Assembly: GCA_951406725.2 (NCBI GenBank)
Contig: OX597815.1
Span: 51,770,001 to 51,834,000 of the forward strand
Source: Octopus vulgaris
Taxonomy: Eukaryota
Direction of reading: 5' to 3'
Length of the DNA stretch: 64,000 nt
This document shows positions 60,801 to 64,000 of the stretch, in pieces (positions within the stretch are counted from its first letter, which is position 1; each line of letters begins with the position of its first letter). Position numbers and translations under genes: made by a program. The notes beneath the pieces are model-generated. The model did not search any database and was not told the origin of the DNA. It saw only the letters and a list, made by a program, of their open reading frames with translations.

Positions 60801-63714
60801 ATGAGCTAATTCTAGCTCAGAAGAAAGCCAAGGAAGCAGCAGTGATGGCAGAGGCAGCTGGTATTGCTCTAAATCCTATATACGAGTATGATTCAGACGA
60901 GGATGTAGAAGGTGGCACCTGGGAGCATAAAAAAAGAATGGCTGAAATGAATGCTACCAGAGGTAAGAACAGACTTTTATATTATATTTGTGTAACCGAG
61001 AAATAATATATGGTTTTGTTGAGGATTTAGGCATGACTGTGTAGTAAGAAGTTTGTTTTTCAACTACATGGTTCTGAGTTTGGTCCCACTGCGTGGCACC
61101 TTAGACCAGTGGCTTTTGCTATAGCCTCGGGCTTGTGAAAGAATTTGGTTGATAGAAACTGAAAGAAACCCATTGTATATATACATATATCTATGTGTGT
61201 GTGTGTTTTTGTCTATGTTAGCCCCCAACTGCCACTTCTGATAGAATAAGTACCAGGCTTAACAAAAAAAAGGACTAGAATCAATTTATTCAATTAAAAC
61301 TTCAAGGCAGTGCCCTAGCATGGCTGCAGTCTAATTACTGAAACAAGTAAAAGATTAAAGAAATTTTACAGAATTTATTAAATCCTTAAAAATGTTTTAG
61401 CCCGTTGTTAATGAATGTTTGTATTTATCATATTCTTTTCCTGTTCACATTTTTGGATTTCACTTCTATATTTATATTTTTGCTCACATTTTACTTCATG
61501 GTTTTTGTATCATTTTCCAGGTTTAATTGACGATGTTAAAAAATTTAGTGATTTTTAGTAACTTTTACTCAACATAACTTACAATTCTCAGATTTTTACT
61601 TCTAGAGTTAAAAATAAATTTATTGATTGGTACCTGTGATTGTTACACTTAAAGAGCATTGAAAGTCTTATTTTCATCTCTGTGGTGTGGCTGTGTGGTA
61701 AGAAGTTTGTTTCCCAACCACTTGCTTACAGGTTCAGTCCCACTGTGTGGCACCTTGGGCAAGTGTCTTCTACTATTGCCTCAGGCAACCAAAGCTCTGT
61801 GAGTTGATTTGGTAGACAGAAACTGATAAAAGCCTGTCATACACACACACATATACACATAAATGTGTGTGTGTGTTTATTTTTATGTTTACCTCCACCA
61901 CCACTACTTGACAACCAGTGTTGGTTTATTTATGTTCCCATAACTTAATGGTTAAACAAAAAAGACGGATAAGTACTCGAGTCAATTTGCTTGACTAAAT
62001 CCTTTAAGGTAGCATGACCACACTCCAATGACTGAAACAAGTAAAAGATAATAGATGTCAATATCAACACTTAAAATATAAAGATGTAGTTTAAAATTGT
62101 CTTCAGTGAATTAAGAATGTTCCTTTTCATTGTGCAATTATATTTTCCTTTTCAGAGTGGGCCGAACAGTTGACAGAAATGAACAAAGGCAAACATTTTA
62201 TTGGTGATTTTTTACCTCCAGATGAATTAGAAAAATTTATGGAAACATACAATGTAAGTAATATATATTTTGGAAATTTATATACTCATTGTCAGAGATG
62301 ATTATTCAGTATTCAGTTTGATGATTAATTAACTATAATATTGTAAGCTTGTGTGTGAGGGAGAGAGAAATAAAGGAGAGGATTGGATCTGAAATTTAGC
62401 TTATTCCATTAACACTTGTAAACATTTCAGTACCAGCCACATGGATTTACATAGGAGTGTATATATTTTATCTCTTTTACATGTCATTAGACTGCAGCCA
62501 TGCAGTGGTACTGCCTTGAATTTTTAGTTGAATGAATCAATCCCAGTACTTATTTTTTTCTAAAGCTGGTACTTCTTTTATGGGTCACTTTGCCAAACTG
62601 CTGAGTTATAGGGATGTAAACACACCAACACTGGTTATCAAGCAGTGGTGAAGGACAAACACACACACGTGTGTGTGTGTATATATAATGACAGGCTTCT
62701 TTCAGTTTCTGTCTACCAAATCCACTCAAGTCTTTGGCTGGCCCAAGCCTTACAACAGAGGACACTTGCCCAAGGTGGCCACATAGTAGGGCCGAACCTG
62801 GAGTTGGAGCCATGTGGTTGGGATGCAAACTACTTTACCACACAGCCACACCTGTGCTTATATATATATATATATATATCTCAAGTAGTAAAACATAGGA
62901 CTTGCTATATGGTTGTAGTAGTTACAACTGTTGATATTGGCAGTCAGCCAAAAAAGCTGGTTGAATAAAACTGATTCAAAAATGTAGTTCCTGTTTACCT
63001 TACTCATGAATAAGTATATATATACATATTATGCTGGAAGAGAATAGTGTTTTACTTTGTTGCTGTTTGTTCAGTCAATAGGTTGAAAATAGTCAGCCAA
63101 TATGTATTTGCATGTGTCCCATGTATTCTTGCATAACCCAACATAAAAAAATGTAGTAGCAGCATGTTATAAATAACAAAATGATTGAACTTCTTTTCAA
63201 TTAAGTCTCACTTTGCTTATAAGTTGAGATATTACTAATCGTCATCATTTAATGTCCATTTTTTATGTTAGCATGGGTTGGATAGTTTGACAGGAGCTGG
63301 CAAACCAGGCTTTAATGTCTGTTTTGGCATGGTTTCTATGGCTGGATGCCCTTCCGAATGCCAACCACCTTGCAGAGTAGACTGGGTACTTTCTACATGG
63401 CACCAGTACTGTATTAAAACATCAACACAGCAAAAATATAATTAATGGTAGTCTAAATGTATGAGAAGTGTTAATACCTGATTTCATCCTCTTTAATATG
63501 TCATTATTAAGTTTTTGCTTAACTTTTTAGCACTTAAATTCATTTACTATTGTTTATAGGCACTAAAAGAAGGACGAGAGCCTGATCTTTCTGACTACAA
63601 AGAATTTAAGCTGACCTGCGAAAATATTGGTTACCAGATGTTGCAACGTCTAGGTTGGCAAGAAGGAGAAGGCCTAGGATCTGAAAGCCAGGGTATAAAA
63701 ACTCCAGTTAATAA
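33910..63714 (+). CDS. SUGP1: SURP and G-patch domain-containing protein 1 (splicing factor 4), 3'-incomplete. Coding exons: 33910-34178, 35102-35280, 39309-39704, 45305-45422, 48075-48175, 51540-51657, 51915-52036, 53605-53802, 54061-54149, 60788-60962, 62156-62253, 63560-63714.
   Basis: All introns are GT-AG with compatible phases, giving 672 open codons. Hallmark motifs: [28 protein letters not shown] domain, [40 protein letters not shown] and G-patch [19 protein letters not shown]. Confidence 0.95.
35102..35280 (+). CDS. SUGP1: SUGP1 exon with FxNDGSFL motif
   Basis: AG/GTAAGT, phase 2 to 1. Confidence 0.92.
35728..36492 (-). mobile_element. 5'-truncated LINE (RT C-terminal region, 3' UTR, (GAT)n tail)
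   Basis: [11 protein letters not shown]...GRGRPRKTW in ORF 36123-36440. Confidence 0.9.
39309..39704 (+). CDS. SUGP1: SUGP1 Ser/Thr/Pro-rich exon
   Basis: ttttcttctAG / GTGAGA, open frame, phase 1 to 1. Confidence 0.85.
40021..40700. mobile_element. Penelope-like pLTR fragment with two interleaved inverted repeats
   Basis: 40021-40117 is inverted at 40498-40594; ~40415-40497 is inverted at ~40612-40694; contains a hammerhead motif. Confidence 0.75.
40050..40126 (-). ncRNA. Type I hammerhead ribozyme motif
   Basis: Minus strand: actcta-CTGACGA-(long helix II)-GAAA-caattg-TA-tagggt; stem I pairs and stem III is a palindrome. Confidence 0.65.
40805..41195 (-). mobile_element. Young full-length tRNA-derived SINE
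   Basis: Minus strand ggcgcaggagtggctgtgtggtaag head, ggttcagtccc B-box, CpG-rich, tail aatgactgaaacaagtaaaagag. Confidence 0.92.
41440..43607 (+). mobile_element. Mariner derivative with ~130-bp inverted ends and nested insertions
   Basis: gatcaataagtatccgga.tgttgccatagtaatgaagctaaagcatgcagagtgg is inverted at ~43544-43598; HTH remnant [13 protein letters not shown]. Confidence 0.8.
42630..43400 (+). mobile_element. Pogo/Tigger-like internally deleted element (771 bp)
   Basis: 24-bp TIR cagtcaac(t/a)ctcgctactatgcca, TA on both flanks, ORF 42791-43204. Confidence 0.88.
43628..43920 (-). mobile_element. tRNA-derived SINE, third family
   Basis: Minus strand ggaggcgcagtggcctagtggttagggc A-box and gattccc B-box-like motif. 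Confidence 0.85.
44240..45212. mobile_element. Fold-back Penelope-like fragment whose right arm is split by a LINE 3' fragment (~44665-45100)
   Basis: 44360-44456 is inverted at 44567-44664; 44240-44351 is inverted at 45100-45212. Confidence 0.8.
45305..45422 (+). CDS. SUGP1: SUGP1 exon
   Basis: ttttgcAG / GTAAGC, phase 1 to 2. Confidence 0.8.
45698..45854. repeat. Near-perfect ~75-bp-stem hairpin with hammerhead-like motifs
   Basis: ctttatttaaagcagcagaaaattcaacaaaacc...ggttttgttgaattttctgctgctttaaataaag. Confidence 0.9.
46839..47055. mobile_element. TTAA-flanked MITE
   Basis: ttaacccttcagcatt ... aatgctaaagagttaa; relatives at ~32760-32930 and ~57157-57362. Confidence 0.75.
47190..47400 (+). 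mobile_element. Ancient pogo-like transposase C-terminal remnant
   Basis: Translates as [23 protein letters not shown], then stops. Confidence 0.5.
48075..48175 (+). CDS. SUGP1: SUGP1 exon
   Basis: AG/GTATTC; phase 2 to 1 is required to join the flanking exons. Confidence 0.75.
48814..50071 (-). mobile_element. Full-length degenerate mariner, same family as 3874-4780
   Basis: Matching TIRs, TA flanks and homologous ORF pieces (48888-49100, 49731-49925). Confidence 0.92.
51540..52036 (+). CDS. SUGP1: SUGP1 SURP domain exons (51540-51657, 51915-52036)
   Basis: [40 protein letters not shown]|[13 protein letters not shown]; the exact acceptor is ambiguous. Confidence 0.9.
53605..54149 (+). CDS. 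SUGP1: SUGP1 exons 53605-53802 ([11 protein letters not shown]-like motif) and 54061-54149
   Basis: Canonical splice sites; [14 protein letters not shown]. Confidence 0.9.
54395..54665 (-). mobile_element. Mariner-derived 5' fragment
   Basis: [12 protein letters not shown] resembles the mariner N-terminal HTH start. Confidence 0.5.
57815..58178 (+). mobile_element. tRNA-derived SINE
   Basis: Homologous to 40805-41195. Confidence 0.8.
60788..60962 (+). CDS. SUGP1: SUGP1 exon ([14 protein letters not shown])
   Basis: AG/GTAAGA; conserved motif. Confidence 0.95.
61030..62050 (+). mobile_element. Two SINE copies (~61030-61355, ~61683-62050)
   Basis: Homologous to 40805-41195. Confidence 0.82.
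62156..62253 (+). CDS. SUGP1: SUGP1 exon ([16 protein letters not shown])
   Basis: ttttcAG/GTAAGT. Confidence 0.95.
62470..62856 (-). mobile_element. tRNA-derived SINE
   Basis: Homologous to 40805-41195. Confidence 0.82.
63560..63714 (+). CDS. SUGP1: SUGP1 G-patch exon
   Basis: [50 protein letters not shown]. Confidence 0.96.
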
Positions 63715-64000
63715 GTATGTGTTTCCAATCTTAATTCTCCATTAGTTCCATAATTATTTTCACAGATTTTAGTTCAATGTCGATGACATTCATAATATAT
63801 TTTCACTGCAAAAAAAAAAAAGCAAATAGCTTTCTATCAATTGGCTGATAAAAAATACATTTGAGTTACTGACATTCTAGGATACTGAATCTCAAATGTA
63901 GACATTGAATTATTTTCATACTCCATCATTCAGTCTAAACTTTCTGTGTTCTGCTGCCAAATGAGAGCATAGTAAGGCCAAAAGTAATCAAGTTATCTAA

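Overview
Eukaryotic, AT-rich, microsatellite- and transposon-dense genomic DNA. The SINE, LINE and MITE families look like those of a coleoid cephalopod, most likely Octopus (inferred from repeat content). Positions ~1-23.5 kb are a transposon cluster. It holds two decayed RTE-clade LINEs ending in three C2H2-type fingers, an inverted local duplicate of one LINE 3' end, and a TSD-bounded Gypsy (Mag-like) LTR element that lacks RT/RNase H. It also holds Penelope-like fragments with hammerhead-ribozyme motifs, Tc1/mariner relics and SINEs. From ~23.7 kb to the window end lies one plus-strand host gene, SUGP1 (SURP and G-patch domain protein 1). I assembled 12 phase-consistent GT-AG coding exons by eye (33910-63714, 672 codons; the last exon or exons lie beyond the window). 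Two observations stand out, and both are hypotheses that need RNA-seq or Ribo-seq. (1) A candidate multi-exon 5' leader, including an 11-nt microexon, splices into a 45-codon upstream ORF ending 3 nt before the SUGP1 start. (2) A cluster of in-frame and poison 3' splice sites in front of the SURP exon looks like a self-sensing switch for a factor that controls 3' splice-site choice.
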